Positions 46,323-55,851 of a stretch of DNA of 64,000 bases are shown piece by piece. Every line of letters begins with the position of its first letter. Positions within the stretch are counted from its first letter, which is position 1. The translations under genes and the position numbers were made by a program. This DNA comes from Salinispira sp. (GTDB lineage: Bacteria; Spirochaetota; Spirochaetia; DSM-27196; Salinispiraceae), in NCBI GenBank assembly GCA_965602015.1, contig OZ271918.1, positions 992,001-1,056,000 of the forward strand. The letters are read 5' to 3'. A model generated the notes under the pieces. The model did no database searches. It saw only the letters and a list, made by a program, of their open reading frames with translations, and was not told the DNA's origin.

Positions 46323-47600
46323 TTATTGTCTGGGGCGGATGCGGTCAAAACCCACATAGGGCACCAGTTTTTCGGGAATTACGACGCTGCCGTCTTCCTG
46401 CTGACCGTTTTCGAGGATGGAAATCACCGCCCGGCTGTTTGCCACCGCCGTACCGTTGAGCATGTGGACATAGCCCTTCGTTTTTTCGCCCTTGTAGCGC
46501 ACATTGAGCCGGCGGGCCTGATAGTCGGTGCAGTTGCTGGTGGAAGTTATTTCCCCCCAGTCGCCATTGTCGCCCCGGCCGGGCATCCAGGCTTCCAGGT
46601 CGTATTTCCGATAGGCCGAAGCTCCAAGGTCGCCGGTACAGGTGTCGACCACCCGGAAGGGGATGCCGAGGCCGGAAAAGATTTCCTCCTCTATTTCCCT
46701 CAGAGACTCATGTATGCGTGCAGAATCCTCCGGGAGGCAATAGACGAACATTTCGATTTTTGTGAACTGGTGAACCCGGTACAGACCCTTGGAGAACTGC
46801 CCTGCGGCGCCGGCTTCCCGCCGGAAACAGTGGGAGACACCGGCGAGTTTTATCGGAAGCTCATGAGCATCGAGCATGTCGTCGGCGTGGTATCCGCCGA
46901 GGGTGATTTCGGCAGTGCCCACCAGGCAGGTGCCGGTGCCTTCGAGATTGTATATATTGCTCTCTTCGCCCCGGGGATTAAAACCGATGCCGCTGACCAC
47001 TTCTTCTTTCGCTATGTCCGGAGTAATGGTCGGGGTAAAACCGTGCTTCTGAAGGATATCCAGGGCGTAGCGAATCAGGCCCATCTCCAGAAAAACCGCC
47101 TCATTTTTGAGGTAATAAAACTTGGTGCCCGACACCTTGGTTCCTGTTTCAAAATCGATGACTTCCAGGAGCTGGCCGAGTTCAACGTGATCACGGGGAG
47201 TAAAAGAAAATTCCGGTATGCTCCCCACCCGCTTTATTTCCAGATTGTCCTTGTCTTCCTTTCCAACCGGAGCGTCGGGGTGGGCCATATTGGGTATTTT
47301 TTTGGCTTCAGCGTACATGTCCTCTTCCAGCTCGGCCAGCGTGCTCTCTCGGTTAGAAAGTGAATCCTTGATGGATTTGCCTTCGGCGATAAGAGCCTGA
47401 CGGGCCTCGTTGTCCAGAGGCCCCTTCATTTTTTTCGCATTTTCATTGCGGGCCTGACGGAGGGCGTCCAGTTCCTGAATGAGACTGTTTCTCTTTTCGA
47501 AGAGCTCAACCACAGAATCCGGGTCGGCGTTCATATTTCTATTGGCGATATTTGCCTTTACGGCTTCAATGTTCTCACGAATGAATCTGATGTCTAACAT
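46323..47600 (-). CDS. serS: Serine-tRNA ligase
   Basis: MLDIRFIR, GTAE, FRREAG, GLYRVHQFTKIE, YDLEAW, SNCTDYQARR, HMLNGT. Confidence 0.97.
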   Translation of the reverse strand: MLDIRFIRENIEAVKANIANRNMNADPDSVVELFEKRNSLIQELDALRQARNENAKKMKGPLDNEARQALIAEGKSIKDSLSNRESTLAELEEDMYAEAKKIPNMAHPDAPVGKEDKDNLEIKRVGSIPEFSFTPRDHVELGQLLEVIDFETGTKVSGTKFYYLKNEAVFLEMGLIRYALDILQKHGFTPTITPDIAKEEVVSGIGFNPRGEESNIYNLEGTGTCLVGTAEITLGGYHADDMLDAHELPIKLAGVSHCFRREAGAAGQFSKGLYRVHQFTKIEMFVYCLPEDSARIHESLREIEEEIFSGLGIPFRVVDTCTGDLGASAYRKYDLEAWMPGRGDNGDWGEITSTSNCTDYQARRLNVRYKGEKTKGYVHMLNGTAVANSRAVISILENGQQEDGSVVIPEKLVPYVGFDRIRPRQ

Positions 47601-47606
47601 AGGGCC

Positions 47607-47635
47607 ATAATATACGTCTGGGTATTACGGGGCAA
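47607..47635 (-). promoter_or_regulatory. Promoter abutting the serS start
   Basis: TTGCCC-N17-TATTAT-N6-ATG(47600); no SD. Confidence 0.65.
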
Positions 47636-47650
47636 GGCCTGTTTTTTGGG

Positions 47651-48565
47651 CTACACCTGACCCTTCCAGGATCCCCGGCCAGCATCTTCCCAGGCTTTTT
47701 TGAGAGAGGCGGCAAGACCTTCATCTATAATGCTGGACTTCTCAGCCAGCTTTAGGTTCGCCTTTAGATTTTTTTCGCTGGATGTGCCGGCGATGGCTGT
47801 GGACACCCCTTTGGCGGAGGCGGTAAAGCCCCAGGCAGCCCGCAGCATTGACGAATGGTCGTCGAGTTTTTCCAGCTCCGGGATTCCCAGTTCCTTCATT
47901 TTCTGCCAGCGGACCCAATAGGCGTCGGCATATTCTCCCACCGGCCGCTCCTCATACCGCCAAAACACATTGGCAAGGGGGCGCTTGGCTATGACTGCCA
48001 TGTTTCGCCTTTGGGCCCCTTCGAGGCGGCCGTAGAGGTTACCCTGGTCGCAAATATTTACCGAGGTTTCGACAGCGCTAAAATGCCCGGAGTCCAGGGC
48101 CCAGTCCAGTTCTTCGTTTTCTCCCGAATAGCCGAAAAATCTGCACAACCCGCTTTTTTGCGCTTCTTCCAGGGTTCGCAGGGTTTCGTCCCTGGTGAGG
48201 ATCTCCATGTCGCAGCTGTGAAGGAGGAACAGATCGACGGTATCGCATTTGAGGCGCCGCAGTGATTCCTCCAGACTTATGCGGATGGCATCGGGGCTCC
48301 AGTTTTCCGCACCGTCAACCGAGTAGCCGCCCTTGGTGACCAGAATATACTCGGATCTCCGATTGGCGATTGCCGAACCGATGCGCTCCTCGGACAGTCC
48401 GTACCCCCTGGCGGTGTCGATCAGGTTTATTCCCGAATCAAGGGCGAGATTCAGAAGTTTTGCGGCGTGGTTCGCATCCACATCCTTGCGGCCTATATGA
48501 CCGGCACCAAAACTCAGAACGCTCACTGCATTGTGTATTTTTCCAAAGCTTCTTGTTTCCATCAT
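47651..48565 (-). CDS. Aldo/keto reductase
   Basis: IDTARGYG, VTKGG, SLRRL, DLFLLH. Confidence 0.9.
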   Translation of the reverse strand: MMETRSFGKIHNAVSVLSFGAGHIGRKDVDANHAAKLLNLALDSGINLIDTARGYGLSEERIGSAIANRRSEYILVTKGGYSVDGAENWSPDAIRISLEESLRRLKCDTVDLFLLHSCDMEILTRDETLRTLEEAQKSGLCRFFGYSGENEELDWALDSGHFSAVETSVNICDQGNLYGRLEGAQRRNMAVIAKRPLANVFWRYEERPVGEYADAYWVRWQKMKELGIPELEKLDDHSSMLRAAWGFTASAKGVSTAIAGTSSEKNLKANLKLAEKSSIIDEGLAASLKKAWEDAGRGSWKGQV

Positions 48566-49356
48566 CTCTCCAGATCCCGAGCCTTCTCAGCCGAAGCGGA
48601 CACCGCATCCATTACGGTGGCGGTAAAGCGGTTGTGATGCAGACTCTCAATGCCCCGGATTGTCGTTCCCCCGGGAGAACACACCCGGGTTATCAGTTCC
48701 CCCGGGCCGATTCCGCTTGAGCGGATGGTTCCCACCGCGCCCTCCAGGACTTCCAGCACCACCTCCAGGCTGGCTTCGTACTTTATGCCCTCCTTGACCC
48801 CGCCCAGAGCCATGGCGTTTATGAACTCGTAAACAAAGGCGATTCCCGAACCGGAGATTCCGATTATCGAAGGGATAAGATGCTCGGGCATTTCCATGGC
48901 AAGACCGACAGACTGGGCTACGGAAAAAGCCTGCTCCTTAAAGGTCTCGTCGCAGTCCTCGCTGAAACTGACGCCGGTTACCGACTTGCCGACGCTGGCT
49001 GCGAGCGAGGGCATAAAGCGGGAAACATAGGGACTGCCGAATAATTCGCTGATCCGCTCGATGCTCACCCCGGCGGCAATTGAAATAAGACGGGACTCCC
49101 CGCTGAACTTCCCGTAGATCTTACCAAGTGCGGGCAGGTCCTGGGGTTTTACAGCCAGGATAACCGCATCGCTTTCAGAGAAGAGCAGAGCCGGATTATC
49201 GTTATAGTTTTTCGCCCCATAGGTCTGCGTGGCCAGCTTCATCCGCTCACCGGAATTTTCCATTACCAAAAGGCCTAGCTGAGGATGAGCTTCCTTGACG
49301 CCGGATATCAACGCCTCTCCCATATTGCCAAAACCAATAATGCCCAGTGTCTTCAT
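48562..49356 (-). CDS. proC: Pyrroline-5-carboxylate reductase
   Basis: IGFGNMG, AVKPQ, ISIAAG, SGSG.AF, VCSPGGTT. Confidence 0.93.
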   Translation of the reverse strand: MKTLGIIGFGNMGEALISGVKEAHPQLGLLVMENSGERMKLATQTYGAKNYNDNPALLFSESDAVILAVKPQDLPALGKIYGKFSGESRLISIAAGVSIERISELFGSPYVSRFMPSLAASVGKSVTGVSFSEDCDETFKEQAFSVAQSVGLAMEMPEHLIPSIIGISGSGIAFVYEFINAMALGGVKEGIKYEASLEVVLEVLEGAVGTIRSSGIGPGELITRVCSPGGTTIRGIESLHHNRFTATVMDAVSASAEKARDLER

Positions 49357-49408
49357 GTGATGCTCCTAATGCGAAAGAGGGGATAAGCCGGTACTGATTG
49401 CCGGATAC

Positions 49409-49906
49409 TTAAAGAGTAAAACGAAAATCTCTTTGCCGCCAATACTCGTAGGCGAGAATGGCCACCGAATTGCTCAAATTAAGGCTCCGGTTTCCCGCCA
49501 CCATGGGGATTGTGAGCGATTGCGAGGGAGAACTGTTCATCAGCACCTCCGGAAGTCCCTTGCTTTCCCTGCCGAAAAGGAAATACGCATCACCCGTAAA
49601 TCGGACACTACTGTAAGGCTGCTTGGCCTTGGTGCTGACAAACCAGCAGTTTTCGGGATACCCAGCGGAGGTAATACCGGTTCCCTGCGACTTGAGGGAG
49701 TCGAAGAACTCTTCAAGGGAGGACCATTCGCGCAACTCCAAGCGGTCCCAATAGTCCAGGCCGGCCCGGCGTACGGATTTCTCATCAATTGAAAATCCAA
49801 GAGGATGAATGAGGTGAAGCACAGCGGAGGTTGCGACGCAGGTACGGGCTATATTACCGGTGTTCTGCGGGATTTCCGGTTCATGCAGGACGATGTGTAA
49901 TGCCAT
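49409..49906 (-). CDS. trmL: tRNA (cytidine/uridine-34 2'-O)-methyltransferase
   Basis: EPEIPQNTGNIAR, RRAGLDYW, FGRESKGL, RSLNLSN; start at MALHI (ATG at 49906). Confidence 0.92.
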   Translation of the reverse strand: MALHIVLHEPEIPQNTGNIARTCVATSAVLHLIHPLGFSIDEKSVRRAGLDYWDRLELREWSSLEEFFDSLKSQGTGITSAGYPENCWFVSTKAKQPYSSVRFTGDAYFLFGRESKGLPEVLMNSSPSQSLTIPMVAGNRSLNLSNSVAILAYEYWRQRDFRFTL

Positions 49907-50423
49907 GAAGTTTTTCCAGTACGCTGCCATAGTCGGGTTCCCAGGCAAGCTCTTTGACCATCTCCCGATAGATAAGCGGCCGCCCTTCCTCTCCAGGGCC
50001 CGACGGCCCAAGGAGAAATACCGCACGAGCACAGAGTCCTTTCAGCGGGCCGTCCGCTATGAGCACGCCATAGTCCGCTGCAAAAGAGTCGAATCGCATA
50101 TCCGACAGGAGAATCATGTTTTCCAGGTTTTCCCTGAGTGCAAAGCGGCTCTGGGCGAAGGGCAGATCCCGGCTGACGGTGATGTAGCTGCAGCTGGAAC
50201 CTTCGATGCGGGCCTGACGGTCGAACTCCCTGGCGCTGGCGGCGCAAACCGGGGTATCTATGGAGGGAACCACATTAAGCAGCACATAGGGGCTGGTGAC
50301 GGAACTGAGATGAAAATCCTGTAGATTGCTGTCGGTGAGGGTGAAATCCGGAACCGTTTGACCTGGTGAAAGGTCTTTGTCCAGGGTGTTGATGAGCTTT
50401 CCCTTAAAACTGATCTGAGCCAC
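49881..50423 (-). CDS. tpx: Thiol peroxidase (Tpx)
   Basis: VPSIDTPVC, DLPFAQSRF, YGVLI, ARAVF, EPDY; GTG start. Confidence 0.88.
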   Translation of the reverse strand: MAQISFKGKLINTLDKDLSPGQTVPDFTLTDSNLQDFHLSSVTSPYVLLNVVPSIDTPVCAASAREFDRQARIEGSSCSYITVSRDLPFAQSRFALRENLENMILLSDMRFDSFAADYGVLIADGPLKGLCARAVFLLGPSGPGEEGRPLIYREMVKELAWEPDYGSVLEKLHGITHRPA

Positions 50424-50429
50424 TACGCA

Positions 50430-50458
50430 AATGTACTATGCACCGCAGCAGAAGTAAA
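50430..50458 (-). promoter_or_regulatory. Promoter abutting the tpx start
   Basis: TTTACT-N17-TACATT-N6-GTG(50423); no SD. Confidence 0.55.
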
Positions 50459-50482
50459 ACACAGAGGTCTTTTTAATGGGGA

Positions 50483-52504
50483 TTAATGCTCCGAATGATC
50501 TTCCTCGATCTCGCTGATGCTGAGGATGCTGGGGATTGAGCGGATGTTTTTTATAATCTTGTTGATATCTTCTTTTTTATCCAGCTCCATGGTGAAGTGC
50601 CCTTCGAGACTTCCGGCCTGATTGTTGCTTCCGCTGTGAATGGAATCCACCTTCCCCTCAATGAGGTGTCCGTGGTGTTTGCGCACGGCGCCTTCAATCT
50701 CGCTGAAAAGGTCGCCGGTGCGCCGGGCGGTGACCAGGAATTTCTTTGTTATTTTTGGGCTGACGGTTTCCCACTCGACCTCTATGGTTCGTTCCTGAAC
50801 ATCCTTGATGTTGGCGAAATTTTTGCAGTCCGTGCGGTGGATGATAATGCCCCTGCCGCGGCTCACATAGCCGACGATCTCGTCGCCGGTGCTGGGGTTG
50901 CAGCAATTGGCAAAATGGATCATCAGGTTGCGGTCGCGGCCGACCCGGATGCCCAGCTTGTCGGTCTGAAGGGTTTGGCTGGCGGGAGGCGCGGCCTTTT
51001 TCCGTTTTTTCTTTGCCGGCTGGTCATCGGCCTTTTTACGGGCGACAATATTCTGATCGACGAACAGGCTTTCATCGTGCTTGTTGATCCAGGCCCGTAT
51101 TTTGCTTCGGGCGCCCCGGGTCTTTACCGATCTGAGCCACTCGAGGTGCGGATGGGCGCTGGGGTGGGTGATTATTTCCACGACCTGGGTGTTTCTCAGC
51201 GGCTGCTTGAGAGGAACGATGCTGCCGTCGGCTTTGGCGCCTGAGGTGTGATGACCGACCTCCGTGTGAATATGATAGGCGAAGTCCAGGGCGGTGGCCC
51301 CTTTGGGCAGCTGAATCACGTCGCCCTTCGGAGTGAAAAGGTAAATCGAGTCCTTGAGTATTTCCCGTTTCATTTCCTCGAGAAATTCCCTGCCCGCAAT
51401 CCTGATATTATCCATATCGCGTAGGCGATTGATAATCGTTAAATCCTGGTGGACGGCCCGGTCTCCCCGTTGGTCTTTTTTGTACTGCCAATGGGCGGCA
51501 ACTCCGTTCTGCGCCGTATCCTCCATAGAAAACGTGCGAATCTGAATTTCCAGAAGCCGGCCGTCGTAACCCATTACCGTTGTGTGAAGACTTTGGTAGC
51601 GATTGGCCTTGGGCATGGCAATGTAGTCTTTGAACCGTCCCTCGATTGGCATCCAGAGCTTGTGCACATTGCCCAGCATTATGTAGCAGTCAGAAATGCT
51701 GTGACAGAGAATCCGGACGCCCAGCAGGTCATAAATTTCGTCGATGCTTTTGCCCCGCTGCCGCATTTTGCTGTAAATAGAGTAGAAATGCTTGGCCCGG
51801 GTGCGGGTTTCCACTTCGATGCTGTCGGCGTTTGCGGCCCGTTCAATGGCATCGGTGATTTTGGTCAGATATTCACTGCGCTCGCTTTTTTTCTGTTTTA
51901 CATACTCTTTCAGCTGAATATACACATCGGGCTGCAGGTGTTTGAGACTGAGATCCTCAAGCTCGTCCTTCATCCAGCTAATGCCCAGTCTGCCGGCCAA
52001 CGGGGCGTAGATATCCAGGCATTCCTGGGCGATGGCCCGGATTCGCTCGGGGCGCTTGAATTCCAGGGTGCGCATGTTGTGCAGCTTGTCGGCCAGTTTG
52101 ATGAGAATGACACGGATGTCTTTCACCATGGCGAACAGCATTTTTCGAATGGTTTCGGCCTGTACGGAATTCTTGTTCTTGGCCTTGACGATATCGATTT
52201 TTGTGACGCCGTCAACCAGGTTTGCCACCTCTTCGCCGAAATCTTTGTTGAGAGATTCGTAGGTGTACAGGGTGTCTTCAATGCTGTCGTGCAGAAGCCC
52301 GGCGATGATGGTTGCGGGATCCATTCTCATGTGAACGAGAATCTCCGTGACCTGGAGGGGATGAATAAAGTACGGATCGCCGGATGCGCGCATTTGACCG
52401 TCGTGAAGCCTGCGGGAAAGCTCGGCGGCCCGGGAAATGAGATCTATGTCTGTGTAGCCCCGGTCCCCCAATAGCGAACCGAGGTCTTCGATTGTCGTAA
52501 TCAT
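50483..52504 (-). CDS. rel: Bifunctional (p)ppGpp synthetase/hydrolase Rel
   Basis: HD domain (RASGDPYFIHP, LLHDSIEDT); synthetase (YQSLHT, EIQIRT, AAHW); TGS (DFAYHIHTEVG); CCNP/HRTDC zinc finger; ACT. Confidence 0.95.
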   Translation of the reverse strand: MITTIEDLGSLLGDRGYTDIDLISRAAELSRRLHDGQMRASGDPYFIHPLQVTEILVHMRMDPATIIAGLLHDSIEDTLYTYESLNKDFGEEVANLVDGVTKIDIVKAKNKNSVQAETIRKMLFAMVKDIRVILIKLADKLHNMRTLEFKRPERIRAIAQECLDIYAPLAGRLGISWMKDELEDLSLKHLQPDVYIQLKEYVKQKKSERSEYLTKITDAIERAANADSIEVETRTRAKHFYSIYSKMRQRGKSIDEIYDLLGVRILCHSISDCYIMLGNVHKLWMPIEGRFKDYIAMPKANRYQSLHTTVMGYDGRLLEIQIRTFSMEDTAQNGVAAHWQYKKDQRGDRAVHQDLTIINRLRDMDNIRIAGREFLEEMKREILKDSIYLFTPKGDVIQLPKGATALDFAYHIHTEVGHHTSGAKADGSIVPLKQPLRNTQVVEIITHPSAHPHLEWLRSVKTRGARSKIRAWINKHDESLFVDQNIVARKKADDQPAKKKRKKAAPPASQTLQTDKLGIRVGRDRNLMIHFANCCNPSTGDEIVGYVSRGRGIIIHRTDCKNFANIKDVQERTIEVEWETVSPKITKKFLVTARRTGDLFSEIEGAVRKHHGHLIEGKVDSIHSGSNNQAGSLEGHFTMELDKKEDINKIIKNIRSIPSILSISEIEEDHSEH

Positions 52505-53352
52505 AGTTTTACACCCCGGGAAACCCTGTTCAGGCCTCCCAGATCCCGGCGAATACCGGTATTGCCAAAACCGTTGTTCCGCAATTCTTTACATATACTA
52601 TCGGCCTGCCAGTGGGCCGCTTCAATAAAGATCTGTCCGCCCTTTTGAAGGATGCCCGCAGCCTGCGCAATCAGCTTCCTTATAAGATCTAGCCCGTCGG
52701 CCCCGCCGTCAAGAGCCATGCGGGGTTCCCGCCATCCTTCCATCGCTTTTTCATCGCATTCACCGCTTTCCAGATATGGCGGGTTTGCGGTAATTATGTC
52801 CCCTTCCCCGGGCTCCAGGGCGCTCAGCAGGTCGGACTGACGCCACGGGGTAATGCCCTGGGCAATGCCGGGAGCGATGAGGTTTTTCCAGTTTTCCGCA
52901 AATACTTCACCGGCCTCGGGGCTGATGTCAGAAGCGCTGACCTGCCAGCTCATTCGGTTTGCGGCGCAGGCGATGGCCACCGCCCCGCTGCCAGTGCAGC
53001 AATCGTGGAGCCGCAGCTGTCCCCCCGGATTTTCCTGGAGAACCCATTCGACCAGGATTTCCGTGTCCGGTCGGGGAATGAGAACCCGGGGATCAACAGA
53101 AAATTCCAGACCGTAAAACTCTTTTTTTCCGAGTATGTAGGCCAGGGGCTCGCCTTCCGATCGCCGCTGAACAACATGGAGGTAGGCTTCAGCGACATCC
53201 CGGGGAACCGGATCGGAAAGCGCGGCGTATACCTGTTCCTTGCTCTTGCCCATGCAATGAGCCAGCAGGAGAATGGAGTCCAGAGTGGGGTTGTCATATG
53301 GTCCCGAGGGCAACAGCTCGCGGGCTTGCCTCAGTAACTGCGAGACTGTCAC
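52501..53352 (-). CDS. prmC: Release factor glutamine methyltransferase
   Basis: EPLAYILG.KEF, VLIPRPDTE, CTGSGA, NPPY. Confidence 0.95.
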   Translation of the reverse strand: MTVSQLLRQARELLPSGPYDNPTLDSILLLAHCMGKSKEQVYAALSDPVPRDVAEAYLHVVQRRSEGEPLAYILGKKEFYGLEFSVDPRVLIPRPDTEILVEWVLQENPGGQLRLHDCCTGSGAVAIACAANRMSWQVSASDISPEAGEVFAENWKNLIAPGIAQGITPWRQSDLLSALEPGEGDIITANPPYLESGECDEKAMEGWREPRMALDGGADGLDLIRKLIAQAAGILQKGGQIFIEAAHWQADSICKELRNNGFGNTGIRRDLGGLNRVSRGVKL

Positions 53353-53377
53353 AGCGGTTTACCTGTCTTTCCCGGGC

Positions 53378-54436
53378 CTATGCCTGGAGGGCTTCCTGTG
53401 AAGCGCTGAGCTTCAGGGCGTCGACAATTTCATCCATTTCTCCCTGGAGAACCGAATCGAGCTTATGAAGGGTCAGCCCGATGCGATGATCGGTCACCCG
53501 GCTCTGGGGAAAGTTGTAGGTGCGGATTCTCTGTGAACGGTCGCCGCTGCCGATCTGGCTTTTGCGCTCCGCCGCTTCTTCGGCCTGGCGCTTGGATTCT
53601 TCAAGTTCGTAAAGCCGCGCCGTGAGCACCCGCATTGCCTTCGCCCGGTTTTTGATCTGGGATTTTTCGTCCTGACAGCTGACAACCAGACCGGTGGGAA
53701 GGTGGGTTATGCGGACCGCCGAATCTGTGGTGTTTACGCTTTGGCCACCGGGACCCGAGGACCGGAATACGTCGATGCGCAGGTCGTTCTCGTTGATTTC
53801 AATGTCGGTTTCCTCGGCTTCCGGCAGGACTGCCACGGTACAGGCAGAGGTGTGAATCCGCCCGCCGCTTTCCGTGGAGGGAACCCGTTGCACCCGGTGT
53901 CCCCCGGATTCGTAGCGCAGGGTTCCGTAGGCGTCTTTTCCGTTTACCGAAAAAATCACTTCCTTTAGTCCGCCGATTTCCGTTTCGCTGATGGTGATAA
54001 TTTCGTGCTTCCAGCCCCGTTTTTCCGCATATCGGCTGTACATCCGGTAAAGGTCCGCGGCAAAGAGGGCCGCTTCGTCCCCGCCGGTGCCGGCGCGAAT
54101 TTCCATGATGATATTTTTGCCGTCCAGGGGATCCCGGGGGACCAGAAGCAGCTTGAGCTTCCCTTCCAGCTCCTCGATTTTTGGTTCGAGCTTGGCGATT
54201 TCTTCGCCGGCCATCGCCTTCATATCCGGATCGCTGTCTGACATCATTATACGCGCTTCATCCAGGTCCGCCCTGGCCTGACGGTATTCGGCGTATCTCT
54301 CGACTATTTCGTGCAGATGAGAGTGTTCCTGCATGGCCTCCTTGTAGGCCTTGGGATTTTTATGCAGATCAGGATCGAGGATGATCTGCTGCAGTTCCTC
54401 AAATCGCTCGACCATTTGTTCAAGTTTGTCGATCAT
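53378..54436 (-). CDS. prfA: Peptide chain release factor 1
   Basis: [17 protein letters not shown] (PxT), [16 protein letters not shown]. Confidence 0.97.
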   Translation of the reverse strand: MIDKLEQMVERFEELQQIILDPDLHKNPKAYKEAMQEHSHLHEIVERYAEYRQARADLDEARIMMSDSDPDMKAMAGEEIAKLEPKIEELEGKLKLLLVPRDPLDGKNIIMEIRAGTGGDEAALFAADLYRMYSRYAEKRGWKHEIITISETEIGGLKEVIFSVNGKDAYGTLRYESGGHRVQRVPSTESGGRIHTSACTVAVLPEAEETDIEINENDLRIDVFRSSGPGGQSVNTTDSAVRITHLPTGLVVSCQDEKSQIKNRAKAMRVLTARLYELEESKRQAEEAAERKSQIGSGDRSQRIRTYNFPQSRVTDHRIGLTLHKLDSVLQGEMDEIVDALKLSASQEALQA

Positions 54437-55038
54437 TCCGATACATCTCCTGGGGATTCATCTGCTTCAGGCTCCTGTGAATCCTGTCCTGCATGGACAA
54501 AACCGAAAATCGATCCGATTGCTCCGCCGAGTATATGGGTAAGCTGGGAAATGGAATCGGCCTCCATCGCGGCGATCACTTCCCGAAGGAGATAAATAAC
54601 CACCACCAAAACGAACGAAAGGGGAATTTCCCCGCGCCGCACATTGGTAAAGCTCGCCAGAAGAATCATCATAAAGACGACGCCGCTTGCTCCCAGCAGC
54701 CGGGCATCGCTGATCAGGATGTTCGCCAGCCCCGTTACCAACGCCGTCACCAGAATCATGAGCACCATGCTTCCCGAACCGTGTTTTTCCTCGAGAATCG
54801 GACCCAAGAGCAGTATCAGTGCGAGGTTCCCTAAAAGATGCTCCACCCCCGCATGTCCCAATACATGGGAGAACAGCCGTATCCAGTCAAGAAAAAGCCC
54901 GGGATTCATGCCGGGGCCGACGGAAAAAACCGTCAGCTGTATTTCACCGGGAAGAATGAGATCAATAATGAGGATAATAACTGATGCGAAAGAAAAGCTC
55001 AGGGTAACCGGAGCGTTGTAGCGCAGCCGAATTTTCAT
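54433..55038 (-). CDS. Rhomboid family intramembrane serine protease
   Basis: HVLGH..HLLGN, GASG, HILGG. Confidence 0.9.
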   Translation of the reverse strand: MKIRLRYNAPVTLSFSFASVIILIIDLILPGEIQLTVFSVGPGMNPGLFLDWIRLFSHVLGHAGVEHLLGNLALILLLGPILEEKHGSGSMVLMILVTALVTGLANILISDARLLGASGVVFMMILLASFTNVRRGEIPLSFVLVVVIYLLREVIAAMEADSISQLTHILGGAIGSIFGFVHAGQDSQEPEADESPGDVSE

Positions 55039-55048
55039 TGTTTTCCGC

Positions 55049-55813
55049 CTATGCCTCTATGTCCAGGGAGACCGGACAGTGGTCCGAGCCCATAATGTCC
55101 TGATGTATGTCCGCCGCTTTTACTTTTGGAGCGAAACCGCGGTTTACGCAGTTGTAGTCGATGCGCCAGCCGATATTCCGCTCCCGGGCCTTCATCCGGT
55201 AGCTCCACCAGGAGTACTGCCGTTCCTCGGTATTAAACATCCGGAATGAATCCACGTAGCCGGCGTCGATGAATCGGTCCATCCACTCCCGCTCTTCGGG
55301 CAGGTAACCGGGATTTTTTTCATTTTGCTTGGGATTTTCCAGATCGATGGGTTTGTGGGCCACATTGTAGTCACCGTTTATCACCAGGTTCTTTCCCTCG
55401 GCCACCAGGGCGTCAGCCCATTCGAGCACCGCATTGTTGAAGTCAAGCTTGTAGTCCAACCGTGCGCCTTCGGCCTGGCTGTTGGGAAAATATGCGGTCA
55501 TCAGGGTAAATTCCGGGTATTCGGCGATGAGCACCCGTCCTTCGTCGTCAAAGCGCTCGATGCCGAAGGTGCTTACCGACAGCGGTTCCTCTTTCGAATA
55601 AATGGCGACGCCGCTGTATCCCTTGCGGGAAGCCGATGCGAAATAACTGTAAAAACCTTTGGGTTCGGCCAGGGAAGGGGAGAGCTGTTCTTTATGGGCC
55701 TTGGTTTCCTGCAGGCAGACAATATCTCCACCGCAGCTATTCAGCCATTCAATAAAACCCTTTTTTTCCGCTGCCCGAATGCCGTTGACGTTCCACGAGT
55801 AGATGCGTTTCAT
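55049..55813 (-). CDS. xth: Exodeoxyribonuclease III/AP endonuclease
   Basis: SWNVNGIRA, LQETK, GDYNVAH, WRIDY, GSDHCP. Confidence 0.95.
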   Translation of the reverse strand: MKRIYSWNVNGIRAAEKKGFIEWLNSCGGDIVCLQETKAHKEQLSPSLAEPKGFYSYFASASRKGYSGVAIYSKEEPLSVSTFGIERFDDEGRVLIAEYPEFTLMTAYFPNSQAEGARLDYKLDFNNAVLEWADALVAEGKNLVINGDYNVAHKPIDLENPKQNEKNPGYLPEEREWMDRFIDAGYVDSFRMFNTEERQYSWWSYRMKARERNIGWRIDYNCVNRGFAPKVKAADIHQDIMGSDHCPVSLDIEA

Positions 55814-55821
55814 AGTCTGTC

Positions 55822-55851
55822 AAGATACGACGTTTTATCCCTGTGTTTCAA
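55822..55851 (-). promoter_or_regulatory. Promoter abutting the xth start
   Basis: TTGAAA-N18-TATCTT-N8-ATG(55813); no SD. Confidence 0.5.

Noticed and set aside
46140..47363. Long antisense ORFs (407 aa opposite serS; similarly 51449-52474, 4922-5890, 13619-14674, 11795-12676)
   Set aside because: Shadow frames of well-conserved genes in GC-rich DNA, with no recognisable motifs.
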